A program made the translations under genes and the position numbers. Under the pieces are notes generated by a model. The model was not told the origin of the DNA. It searched no databases and saw only the letters and a program-made list of their open reading frames with translations. From positions 64,416-128,415 of the IMG/VR virus record IMGVR_UViG_3300020036_009553: a stretch of DNA of 64,000 bases; one strand, 5' to 3'. Shown piece after piece: positions 46,963 through 55,809 of this stretch. Position 1 is the first letter of the stretch; every line of letters begins with the position of its first letter. This DNA is from a virus (Duplodnaviria > Caudoviricetes).

Positions 46963-47256
46963 TTATTTTTTTGGTGGTGTAACTGGTGCAGCAGGTGCTT
47001 CTGTGGTGGGTTCGTCACTTGCTTGTGGAATCTCTTTTAGCCCATTAGGGAGTGGATCCACAAGATTAGGAGATTGAGCAACAGATGCTGTTACAGCAGC
47101 CACTGTTCTTTTTAATCTTCGTTTAAATTTCTGATCAATGAAGTTTTCTCGAGCTTCAACTTGGACTGATCGTGGAGCGGCAGCTATTTGTTCTTTTATT
47201 CTCATCAAATCAAAATTGACCATTTCCCCCTTTGCGCTTCGTACTTCTTTGCCCAT
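46963..47256 (-). CDS. hypothetical protein
   Basis: GGAG RBS; RSAKGEMVNFD motif. Confidence 0.7.
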   Translation of the reverse strand: MGKEVRSAKGEMVNFDLMRIKEQIAAAPRSVQVEARENFIDQKFKRRLKRTVAAVTASVAQSPNLVDPLPNGLKEIPQASDEPTTEAPAAPVTPPKK

Positions 47257-47269
47257 TAATGAACTCCAA

Positions 47270-47806
47270 TCAATGTAAAAAATCTGTTATGTCTAGGTCA
47301 TAAAGATAACTATCGACGTCATGAGTGCCAATCACAAACAGCACATATGACGCAGTACTGCTACCTCGTCCAATTCCCCATACAATATTGTGTGTATTTA
47401 AAGTATTTATGATATAAATTACGGCGCGTAACACAGGAAAAAGGCTTAATTTCTTGTATTTTTTAAGTTCGGTAATTAATCTATTTTCTCTATTGGTAGT
47501 CTCAAGTAAAGAAAAATCTTTTGCAAACTCTTCGTGTTTGGTTAAAACCCAATCAACAACGTTTAGATTGGAATATTCTTCGGGGAGATTCCAATCTAAA
47601 CTTAAAGGGTTGCAAGTATCTTTGATTGTTAGTAATTGTGCCGGTGATACGAATCGATTATATTCTATTACCTCTTTTGTAATATTATCAACATACCGTA
47701 TATCATTATATTGTTGTATGATTGATAATAATGAATTCGGATCAAACGAAGAATCCCCATCATACCAAAGTACGCGATCTTTTAATACTGTATTATGCAA
47801 ATCCAC
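47270..47806 (-). CDS. DNA polymerase III alpha-like fragment, N-proximal part
   Basis: RL..EL, IVWGIGRGSSTASYVLF.IG...VD...YDL...FL matches DnaE GRGSAAGSLV.Y.LGIT..DP...L.FERFL. Confidence 0.8.
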   Translation of the reverse strand: MDLHNTVLKDRVLWYDGDSSFDPNSLLSIIQQYNDIRYVDNITKEVIEYNRFVSPAQLLTIKDTCNPLSLDWNLPEEYSNLNVVDWVLTKHEEFAKDFSLLETTNRENRLITELKKYKKLSLFPVLRAVIYIINTLNTHNIVWGIGRGSSTASYVLFVIGTHDVDSYLYDLDITDFLH

Positions 47807-48209
47807 TTTGGTAATTTCCGTTAGTAGTATCTATATTTGGAGTCTTGGTCAATGCGTTATTCACGCCAGTAGCAAACAAAGGCGAGGTTGGCTGGTTAGT
47901 GGGAGATACTCCAAGTATTGCACTAGGATGTCCGTACACCTGATCTAGTTGAGCAGGTTGGGGGTGCTGAGGTACGTCGCCCCTTGCGATAGGATAGGGG
48001 GGAATGGTATCAGTAGCATGGTACACCATTGGTTGGGCGATCGGCTCCTCAATAGCATCAATTCGATTGCGAATTCGTTTCCATTGGTCAGGGGAAGGAA
48101 CCCATCCATCGTCCTGCATTTCTTCAACGCCTAGCAGCCACATTTTAAATTCTGCAAGGGTCAGTGGGCGGGGTGCGGATGTTGTTGTGGGGGATTGGTT
48201 TGTTGTCAT
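47793..48209 (-). CDS. hypothetical protein
   Basis: AGGA RBS; EFK.WL.G.EEM. Confidence 0.7.
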   Translation of the reverse strand: MTTNQSPTTTSAPRPLTLAEFKMWLLGVEEMQDDGWVPSPDQWKRIRNRIDAIEEPIAQPMVYHATDTIPPYPIARGDVPQHPQPAQLDQVYGHPSAILGVSPTNQPTSPLFATGVNNALTKTPNIDTTNGNYQSGFA

Positions 48210-48307
48210 TGTTTTGTCCTATTAGTGGAAGGGGAGAAATGGCTGAGGTTTCTCTAAACCATCTTTGAAATTCAATTAAGGGGGTTCTATGTGGGGAGTA
48301 CATTCTA

Positions 48308-48799
48308 TTAATATCCTATAATATCACCTACAATACTGTCTTTAAGATATTTGTTATAGCAATCGCTGGGGCCTACCGACACCCACTCTGTTGAATTTAT
48401 GGGGTGGCACAGTAGTTGATGCTTGTGCAAAAAAGGACCAACATTACGATATTCGACAAAATAATTTGTTACTTGAATTTTAACTGGAGATGGCCGTCTA
48501 GCTTTAGGACCATACACCAGTGCCGTAAATTCTCGCCCTGCTGTTTCAGCTAATTCCACCACATCTAATTGAGCAGTATCTTGGTCATATACTAGAATAT
48601 TCCAATACGCTGGAAGAATAAAATCAAATCCATTTACACATAGTTGCATAGATGGACAAGTAGTCTCTTCCAGCATATATAGAGGAATGAGGGTATAATC
48701 CATTATCGTCAAATCTAGGGCCCAAAGATATTCTGATATAGTTGGACCATTGATATTGTCCAAAATTATTGGGTGATTGGTTTCATCGAATATTATCAT
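48308..48799 (-). CDS. hypothetical protein downstream of the helicase
   Basis: ORF, GGA RBS. Confidence 0.75.
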   Translation of the reverse strand: MIIFDETNHPIILDNINGPTISEYLWALDLTIMDYTLIPLYMLEETTCPSMQLCVNGFDFILPAYWNILVYDQDTAQLDVVELAETAGREFTALVYGPKARRPSPVKIQVTNYFVEYRNVGPFLHKHQLLCHPINSTEWVSVGPSDCYNKYLKDSIVGDIIGY

Positions 48800-48815
48800 G
48801 TGGTATCCATAGTTG

Positions 48816-51428
48816 TTAAGTGATTATGTTGGTATTTTTGTGTTTATCATATGAAATTTTATGCAATTTATAGTCATATTGCGCTTCTTTAAAATATGAA
48901 ATTCGTTGAGCTAGGTGAGCTTTGCTGTATTTTAAATCTGAGCACACATCTGCCATTGTAACACAGTCCTTATCGTCAGCAATACGCAAGGCACGTCCAA
49001 TTCCTTGGATGACACGAACAAAAGATTTCCCAATGTCAACCGTAATAAGATGAAAGATTCTACGAATGCTTAGTCCTGTTCCAGCAATATTTACTGTGGC
49101 TATTACCACCAAATTGTCTTGTTGTTTAAATAAATTGTAAACTTCTTGCTTTTCTTTGGTTGTTTTCATATCCTTACCATTCACAAAGATGGCATTAGGA
49201 ATCAATGCCGCCAACTGTCTTCCGAATGGGATACTATCTACTAGACAAAGTACATTCCCTTTTTCATCATTCCTTTTTGATTCAATTAAAGCTGCTATCC
49301 ATCCGGTTCGGATAGTGTTGTGGCGTAAATATTCTTTCTCCGCAGAATAATCAGGAAAATATGATTCTTTAAAATTACGATAACTCAATGGGGTTTGTAT
49401 CGCAACTTCGTCGCAATATTCAGTATATTCTTTTTGTAAATTCTCTTCTAATTGAACCACATCAATGTGCAATTTGGCTAAAATTCCCATGTCCATCAAA
49501 GTTTTGGCTGGCATTTTGTGTTTTATAGGGCCAAGTGCACACAATACTGCCATGCTGTCAGCCGGTTCCTTAGGCATAGTTCCCGTAACTCCAAACCGAA
49601 ATGGAGCGTCGGCACAGTGCTCTATTAATAATTTTTGGAGGACTGCTCCCTTTGCCACATGACATTCATCCACTACGATCACCTGAAACAACCTAACAAT
49701 TTTTGGATTATTTTTCAGTGCTTGCCAAGTAGATACTACATGTGAAGGATCTAAAATTTTATGTGTGCCACTATACACCCCAGTGTGAATTCCACAGTTA
49801 ATGTAATCTGCTTTTGTTTGTTGGAGTAACACATCATTTGGAACGATGGTTAGCGTGCGATACCCACAACGACCGTATGCTTCGCATATGGCTGCGGTCA
49901 TAAAGGTATTGTGAGTCACAATATAATCATCTGTAACATACAATTGATCTGGGCTACTAACAGCAATACATTGGGCTGGTTCAGTAGAATGATATTGTAT
50001 ATTTTTAATTCGGCGCCTAAGTTGAATCCTGCCTTCTCCATGTTGTTCTATACATAGTGCCTTTTTTCTAGGGAGAGAAAACAACTCTATAGGAGTTTTA
50101 TATCCAATTCCCAGATAATACGCAAGTTGACCACGTTTTTTGGTACCGTTATAGGTAAAAGTTGGATAGCGAAAAGACATGGAGCACGTTCCACCAATTG
50201 ACCAAACCATCTCTCGTATATCATCAGCCAGTTGTTTACTTACGGTGGTATATGAAATACTTCCTTTTTTTGACACAGTTCCATCAGTGTCGAGTAGTCC
50301 TTGCAATAACCGTATCTTTTGAGATACAGATGCTTTTTTATATACTGTTGGAATAAATTTGCTATTAGATTTTGTTCCCATCAATGATAAATTCGATATA
50401 GCGCTAGTCAATGGGTTTTGTGTCGGTGGAACACTATTTGGTGGGTCAATTTTAGTGATATTATAATTGTGGTCAGTCATCGTGTGTTTGAGAGACACAT
50501 TAAATGGAATTATTGATTCAGAAACCTGATTCAATATTTCTTTATCGTGAGATGTAAGTGATATCATCTTTGCTGACCAATTTCCGTCCCCCAATAGCAC
50601 CCCCAACAAGTATGGGTCTACGGGCAGATCGCTATTTTCAGTATCCATAGGGTTAAACATTGGAATAGATACGTTTCCTGGCATTACTCCGTGGTCTGAA
50701 GAGTTTTTGCGGTCTAAAAATTGACGGATGTGGTTAGTAGATACCACTTGCTCATAAGTTTTGGCGCTACTTAATGTGGCGTTGGGCATTTTTACTTGCC
50801 ATAAATGATCGTTACAACATAAGGTGCTAGATCCATCGTGGAATAATACTTTATAAATATCTTTTGTTCCTTGAGGGAATACAGCAAGAACAGTGGTTGG
50901 CTGTCCTCTTTGATCTGAAATAATATCTCCTACCTTAATATCTCCCATCAATTTCCATCCGCTGGGGGTTAGAACTTTGGATGATAGAGGCTGTGCTTTT
51001 CCACTGCCTGTAGAAGATACGCAAATGCCATTGCCATCTTGTAATAAGGCATTAACTCCAGCCACCTGATCATCTCTCAAGATGATAGGTTTGCCAGTAT
51101 CTAAGTGTTTCACGTGAGCAAAAAAGTTATTATCAATTAAAGATGGCAATAGTTGAGGAATAGGCCGTTTATCTTCTAAATTTATATTATACCCAAATTT
51201 TGCTAAAGTCGGCAGAATTTTATCCAGTAAATACACATACGTTCTACCTGTTTTTGAAAAATACCCAATGCGTCCATCCCATCTTCCCAGTTTGTACAAT
51301 GGGTGAAACACATAATTTGGAGCAAACACAGCATACTGTTGCACCAAGAAATCCAAGTGTTCTTTGGATAACCCAATCAACACCATATTCACTTCGTCAA
51401 GCAGTCGAACAGTAACGGTTGTTGTCAT
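48816..51428 (-). CDS. uvsW: UvsW-like SF2 DNA helicase containing an intein
   Basis: WDG.I..F, LRDDQ, STGSGK/T Walker A split by the intein, DECH, TGT, GLSI, Q.IGR.LR. Confidence 0.9.
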   Translation of the reverse strand: MTTTVTVRLLDEVNMVLIGLSKEHLDFLVQQYAVFAPNYVFHPLYKLGRWDGRIGYFSKTGRTYVYLLDKILPTLAKFGYNINLEDKRPIPQLLPSLIDNNFFAHVKHLDTGKPIILRDDQVAGVNALLQDGNGICVSSTGSGKAQPLSSKVLTPSGWKLMGDIKVGDIISDQRGQPTTVLAVFPQGTKDIYKVLFHDGSSTLCCNDHLWQVKMPNATLSSAKTYEQVVSTNHIRQFLDRKNSSDHGVMPGNVSIPMFNPMDTENSDLPVDPYLLGVLLGDGNWSAKMISLTSHDKEILNQVSESIIPFNVSLKHTMTDHNYNITKIDPPNSVPPTQNPLTSAISNLSLMGTKSNSKFIPTVYKKASVSQKIRLLQGLLDTDGTVSKKGSISYTTVSKQLADDIREMVWSIGGTCSMSFRYPTFTYNGTKKRGQLAYYLGIGYKTPIELFSLPRKKALCIEQHGEGRIQLRRRIKNIQYHSTEPAQCIAVSSPDQLYVTDDYIVTHNTFMTAAICEAYGRCGYRTLTIVPNDVLLQQTKADYINCGIHTGVYSGTHKILDPSHVVSTWQALKNNPKIVRLFQVIVVDECHVAKGAVLQKLLIEHCADAPFRFGVTGTMPKEPADSMAVLCALGPIKHKMPAKTLMDMGILAKLHIDVVQLEENLQKEYTEYCDEVAIQTPLSYRNFKESYFPDYSAEKEYLRHNTIRTGWIAALIESKRNDEKGNVLCLVDSIPFGRQLAALIPNAIFVNGKDMKTTKEKQEVYNLFKQQDNLVVIATVNIAGTGLSIRRIFHLITVDIGKSFVRVIQGIGRALRIADDKDCVTMADVCSDLKYSKAHLAQRISYFKEAQYDYKLHKISYDKHKNTNIIT
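49908..50996 (-). mobile_element. class-3 (Ala1, WCT) intein with LAGLIDADG homing endonuclease, 363 aa
   Basis: starts AQPLSSKVLTPSGW, ends VTHN/T; DHLW, AQCI; LLGVLLGDG and LLQGLLDTDG. Confidence 0.9.
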
Positions 51429-51895
51429 ATAATATCATCCTGTGATTGAGAAGTTTTAAGCAACGTCCAATCTCTCAACGCGAACCCTCTACGGTCAAAA
51501 GCATCACAAACAGCAACAAATTTTTCTCGTAATTCATCGATTTCTAAAAATAAAGCATACATCCGCAGATACTTATCTTCATTATCTATGTATTTGTCTT
51601 TTGTGCGGTCAGGCAGTGCTCTTGAATATTCTTCTGTGTATGTTTTAAATAATTCGCCACGAATGGCGTCTACGCGAGCACTGAAATATTTTGCGAGTTT
51701 GGTTATTTCCGCCTTTCGTACTCCATAGAAAATAGGCCAAGCACATTGGTCTTTTAATGCTTGACTGCCAGTTTTTCCTTTTATAGCTAGTCGCGATTCA
51801 GCATCTACAATATCTGCTTCGTATTCAGAAATGATATCAGGCAAAGCTCGCTTGATATTGTCCCAATCGCCAGATACACTGGATAGTGTTATCAA
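51425..51895 (-). CDS. uvsY: UvsY-like recombination mediator
   Basis: helical 156 aa, Y.E.Y.R.L....DKYID pattern, adjacent to uvsW. Confidence 0.6.
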   Translation of the reverse strand: MITLSSVSGDWDNIKRALPDIISEYEADIVDAESRLAIKGKTGSQALKDQCAWPIFYGVRKAEITKLAKYFSARVDAIRGELFKTYTEEYSRALPDRTKDKYIDNEDKYLRMYALFLEIDELREKFVAVCDAFDRRGFALRDWTLLKTSQSQDDII

Positions 51896-52401
51896 TGTAT
51901 TACTCCTGAATGTTGTTTTTGTAAGTGTAATATCATGAGACGTTGTTCATCTGTTAAATCATCGTTATTGGTTGTGGTGACGGTGGTATGTTGAGGTTCG
52001 TGGGTGGCTTGTTCCATCGCAAGGTCAGTCAATTGCATTAGAAACTCTTGTGCTTTTTCAGCAGTAGTAAACATCAAAGCAATAGGGACTCGCATAGTAA
52101 CAGGCCGTATTAAGGCACTTTCTGTGTTTGCTTTGTGTGGAGCTAACACGTCCATGAATTTTGGGATTTGATCAACGGTGTCATAATTAATGGTACATGA
52201 AATAATCATGACAGGAATATCTAGGTCAACGGTTTCCCACGATATTGAATCAACATCACATTGGAAAAAGGTGGCTAAATATCCGAGGATTGGATCTCGT
52301 AAGTAATCAAAAATTGCTATTGTTGCAATTTTGTTTAATACATCACGTTGATCAAATAATTCAACGAGTTTTTCCGCTTGTGTTACTTGTTCTGAGTCCA
52401 T
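51892..52401 (-). CDS. hypothetical protein
   Basis: ORF overlapping both neighbours by a few nt. Confidence 0.7.
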   Translation of the reverse strand: MDSEQVTQAEKLVELFDQRDVLNKIATIAIFDYLRDPILGYLATFFQCDVDSISWETVDLDIPVMIISCTINYDTVDQIPKFMDVLAPHKANTESALIRPVTMRVPIALMFTTAEKAQEFLMQLTDLAMEQATHEPQHTTVTTTNNDDLTDEQRLMILHLQKQHSGVIH

Positions 52402-53450
52402 ACCATGTCCTGTATTTGTAGAATTAAAGATGCTGCCAATTTAACATCTGGGTACTTTGGTAAATTGGTTACGGGGTAAAGGTCCTGTCGGATATGATTA
52501 TCTAAATCTTCGGCATATTTTATGATTTCTTCATATGTCCAAGCTCCATTGCGGATGGATAATAGTTCGGCAGCGTCAGGCCGATATACGTTGATTATAC
52601 CAGTTGTTAGTGCTTCTTCTCCCATCCTCAATAATCTGACGAGGTGCATGGCATGTTTCGTGTCGAATGAATGTTCTTCCTCAAGTTTGCTCCGGGCGAC
52701 ATTACGGTTTTTCTTCCAAGTCCAGTAATGGCTCCATTGTTCTTTTTGTGTGGTATACACATCATTGTTAAATTTGATTATGTACAATGGTGTACCCAAA
52801 GCATGTGAATCACCCTCATAATCAATATTTAAATTACCTGACGTTATATTAAATGGATGATATCCATTCATTTGGTATAAACCAAACGTATTACTACTGT
52901 ATGGAACCAATCTATGATTTTCGTAAAAGTCACGGAGATTTATTTTAAATTTTTGAGCGGTGGTAAAATTATGAACCAATGAAACAAAATCCACTTGTTG
53001 TGGAGCCTGTTCAGGCTGTGGATTATTGATCCATTTGTTATGCCCCTTGATACGCTTGAGTTGAGAAATTGCGTATCCTGATGTAGTAAATGCGATCTTA
53101 GAACTCAGTAGTTGGGGAGCAGCTTTTCGTAATAGTTCATACGCTGATGACGAATATGTTATTTCCTCATATCTAACCCATAGAGTTTCAATTATATTGG
53201 GGTTACAATCCAAACATAATTTCATGAATTGGTTCAATTCATAAATTTTTGTGTCTTCTTCTGTTTGGTCGTCCACTTCACGGATGGGATAAAATGGAGT
53301 ACGAATGTTCGCAGGGTCTGCTACAAAAATTCCTCTGAAATCTACATCAGACGTAGGAAGACTTGTGCCGTAGGCGTAAGATCCAGCAAAATGCTTAACA
53401 ATTAAATTATCGCGGATTTGTTGATCTGCTTGTTTTATGGTAAGTGACAT
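52383..53450 (-). CDS. Pol-beta superfamily nucleotidyltransferase (T4 NrdC.11-like)
   Basis: GSYAYGT..PTSDVDFRGIF, NPNIIE.L, DTKHAMHLVRLL. Confidence 0.85.
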   Translation of the reverse strand: MSLTIKQADQQIRDNLIVKHFAGSYAYGTSLPTSDVDFRGIFVADPANIRTPFYPIREVDDQTEEDTKIYELNQFMKLCLDCNPNIIETLWVRYEEITYSSSAYELLRKAAPQLLSSKIAFTTSGYAISQLKRIKGHNKWINNPQPEQAPQQVDFVSLVHNFTTAQKFKINLRDFYENHRLVPYSSNTFGLYQMNGYHPFNITSGNLNIDYEGDSHALGTPLYIIKFNNDVYTTQKEQWSHYWTWKKNRNVARSKLEEEHSFDTKHAMHLVRLLRMGEEALTTGIINVYRPDAAELLSIRNGAWTYEEIIKYAEDLDNHIRQDLYPVTNLPKYPDVKLAASLILQIQDMVWTQNK

Positions 53451-53486
53451 ACTATATGCTTTCTACATTGTTATTATCAATAATTG

Positions 53487-53515
53487 ATTATACAATAAAA
53501 TTGTAGTATAGTCAA
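53487..53515 (-). promoter_or_regulatory. sigma70-type promoter
   Basis: TTGACT-N17-TATAAT. Confidence 0.8.
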
Positions 53516-53534
53516 CAGTGATTGCACTACAATT

Positions 53535-53567
53535 AATAAAAAATGCCCCTAAGGGGCATTTTTTATT
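53535..53567 (-). terminator. intrinsic terminator after uvsX
   Basis: aataaaaaatgcccc-taa-ggggcattttttatt. Confidence 0.85.
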
Positions 53568-54654
53568 GAGTTGCTTTTGCTCGTCGTTTACTCTTTTGGG
53601 TTTCATCGTCTCCTGATTCATCTTCATCATTCACATCGTATAAACCAAACAGTCGTTGATCAACTTTTAGTTCACACTTTGCTAAAATGGCATCAGCATG
53701 TTTTGCGATATCCCCACCACGCCAATTACCTTCAACGCCATCAGTCACGTACCATGCTCCGTTCCTGTGTACTACCCCAAGCTCAATCGCGGTTTCTAGT
53801 AACCCTGAGTATGGGTTCATGCCAGTGTCATAAGGTACTTCTATAATAACAACCGAGAAAGGTGCTGTGAATCGTGTCTTATATCCTTCGCATTTCATGC
53901 GAATGCCGATAATTTTGGACCCAACTTCTCCCCCATCCTTGAGTTTTAATTTGGATAACATCACAATTTGAGAAGGAGCGTATTTTACAGCATCGGATAC
54001 AATCCAAATACCTTCGCCGTTGGTAACATCTTGATTCTTATACACCTGCGATGTACATACCATCGCCACGTTTAATCGTTTGATATCTTGGATAAACGTC
54101 CGCAACATTGCTTTTAATTGTTTGTTGCGTTGTCCTTGATCACCTTTTGATACCCCTTTGTCGTAATGATCTAATTCTGTTTCTGTCATTAACATATCTA
54201 ACGAATCAATTAGGATGAACACTTGGGGTGCATCTACTGCCTCTCCCACTTGCTTTTGGTAACCAGATAAGAAAGATGACACAATCTTTGTCACTTGGGG
54301 TATAGTGGAAACTTCCACGTACTTGTATCCCTCATGGACATTTACCCCAATTTTCGTCATAAATTCATCATCAAGCGCATTTTCACTATCAATAACCAAG
54401 CAATACGCCCCTGCTTGCTGAGCAGCTCTAACGATGTTTGCCGCCAAAAAACTCTTTCCTGATCCACTTGATCCAGCGAGGTTGGTGATTCTTCCTTGTG
54501 GTATGCCTTTGGTGAAACTACCGGAAATAATACGATTTAAACAATAATTTCCCGTGCTATACCAATATCTAGGAGGTAGGCTAGATGTACCAATTCCTTT
54601 CATTGAAGCTAGTTCTTTGTCAAAATCTTTTATAAAATTCAAATTTACTGCCAT
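53563..54654 (-). CDS. uvsX: RecA-like recombinase (start moved to ATG 54654)
   Basis: STG..LN..ISG, GSSGSGKS, DSENALD, IDSL, KTRF..PF, GAWY. Confidence 0.92.
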   Translation of the reverse strand: MAVNLNFIKDFDKELASMKGIGTSSLPPRYWYSTGNYCLNRIISGSFTKGIPQGRITNLAGSSGSGKSFLAANIVRAAQQAGAYCLVIDSENALDDEFMTKIGVNVHEGYKYVEVSTIPQVTKIVSSFLSGYQKQVGEAVDAPQVFILIDSLDMLMTETELDHYDKGVSKGDQGQRNKQLKAMLRTFIQDIKRLNVAMVCTSQVYKNQDVTNGEGIWIVSDAVKYAPSQIVMLSKLKLKDGGEVGSKIIGIRMKCEGYKTRFTAPFSVVIIEVPYDTGMNPYSGLLETAIELGVVHRNGAWYVTDGVEGNWRGGDIAKHADAILAKCELKVDQRLFGLYDVNDEDESGDDETQKSKRRAKATQ

Positions 54655-54672
54655 GTTTAGTACTCCAAAAAG

Positions 54673-54700
54673 AAAAAAGGAGGCTATAGCCTCCTTTTTT
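54673..54700 (-). terminator. intrinsic terminator after the SSB gene
   Basis: aaaaaaggaggc-tata-gcctcctttttt. Confidence 0.85.
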
Positions 54701-54711
54701 ACCATCCAAAA

Positions 54712-55629
54712 TTAATAAGGAATATCGTCGTCGTCATCAAACGAAACAGGAGCTTTCTTGGCAGCAGCAGCTCTACGAGCTTTAACTACAGCCAGCATGG
54801 CGTCAATGTCATCATCGTCGGTAACTGCGGGTGGAGCACTGCTAGGCTTTGGAGCAGCAGCCGGTTTTGCTGGAGGGGTAAAGTCATCGTCATCATTATT
54901 CGAATCATTTTCTTGGAAATCTTCCCCATTCACATCAGCATCCAACATTGCTTGAATTTTTGCAACTCCTGGATTCTTTGGCAGAAGAGTTTCTAGTGAA
55001 ATTGAATTTTCGGTAGCAACTTCAATTTCATTCTCCGATAATCCCCGTTGCTTCGAATAGAACTTTGTTCCAACGGAGTAATCAGCATATCCACCTTTTT
55101 CGCTTTTCTTGATGATAAAATCATAACCATCATGAGTATTGTACGGAATGCTTTCCAACCCATCATCAGTAGCCGCAAATGCTTCTTTAATGATGTTATA
55201 AATTTGATAGCCAAGAGCAAAAAATCGTACTTTGCCTTGATGTTTTTCCCCTTCTTCATCGGCTGGTAGTGGATCTTCTACCACAAGAGCTTGTGCAATG
55301 TATTGCTTCTTCCTCCAATATTTCTTCCCATTGGGCTCATCCTTAGCCTTGTAGTATGCTTGGGATAGTTTGCAAATTGGACATTCTTCCCCGTACATGG
55401 ATAAACAAGGAACCATTTTTTTCTTGCCGTTAATCACAAGATTGTGAAAGATCTTTTCGACAAGAAAACCGCGTGGATTTTGTTGGTTGGTATCAGGAAG
55501 AAAACGAACAATTGCTCGTTCGCCTGATTTCATATTCCAAAAGGGGTAGTAGTTTGATACGAAAGTGGTCTTTTCTTCTTTTTCGGAACCACCAAATTGT
55601 GCCCGAAGGCTTTCGAGAGTTTGTGTCAT
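54712..55629 (-). CDS. single-stranded DNA binding protein (T4 gp32-like)
   Basis: AIVRFLP, H...C....G..CPIC zinc site, G.DF.IK, acidic DDDDDIPY tail. Confidence 0.88.
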   Translation of the reverse strand: MTQTLESLRAQFGGSEKEEKTTFVSNYYPFWNMKSGERAIVRFLPDTNQQNPRGFLVEKIFHNLVINGKKKMVPCLSMYGEECPICKLSQAYYKAKDEPNGKKYWRKKQYIAQALVVEDPLPADEEGEKHQGKVRFFALGYQIYNIIKEAFAATDDGLESIPYNTHDGYDFIIKKSEKGGYADYSVGTKFYSKQRGLSENEIEVATENSISLETLLPKNPGVAKIQAMLDADVNGEDFQENDSNNDDDDFTPPAKPAAAPKPSSAPPAVTDDDDIDAMLAVVKARRAAAAKKAPVSFDDDDDIPY

Positions 55630-55711
55630 TTTTATCGTCTCCTAATTCTCTTCTAATTGTTATTATTTTTTACTACGTCTAATGAACCTAAAAGTCCGTT
55701 CACTTCTAATT

Positions 55712-55776
55712 ATTTTAGACAGGGTTTTTAATCATGTCAAGCGTTAGAGAAAATATCCCTAACGCTAATATTTATG
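55712..55776 (-). promoter_or_regulatory. tandem late-like and sigma70 promoters of the SSB gene
   Basis: CATAAATA (55776-55769); TTGACA(55740-55735)-N17-TAAAAT(55717-55712). Confidence 0.6.
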
Positions 55777-55809
55777 ATTATTTTAGACAGAGTTGCCTTT
55801 TGTTGTATA

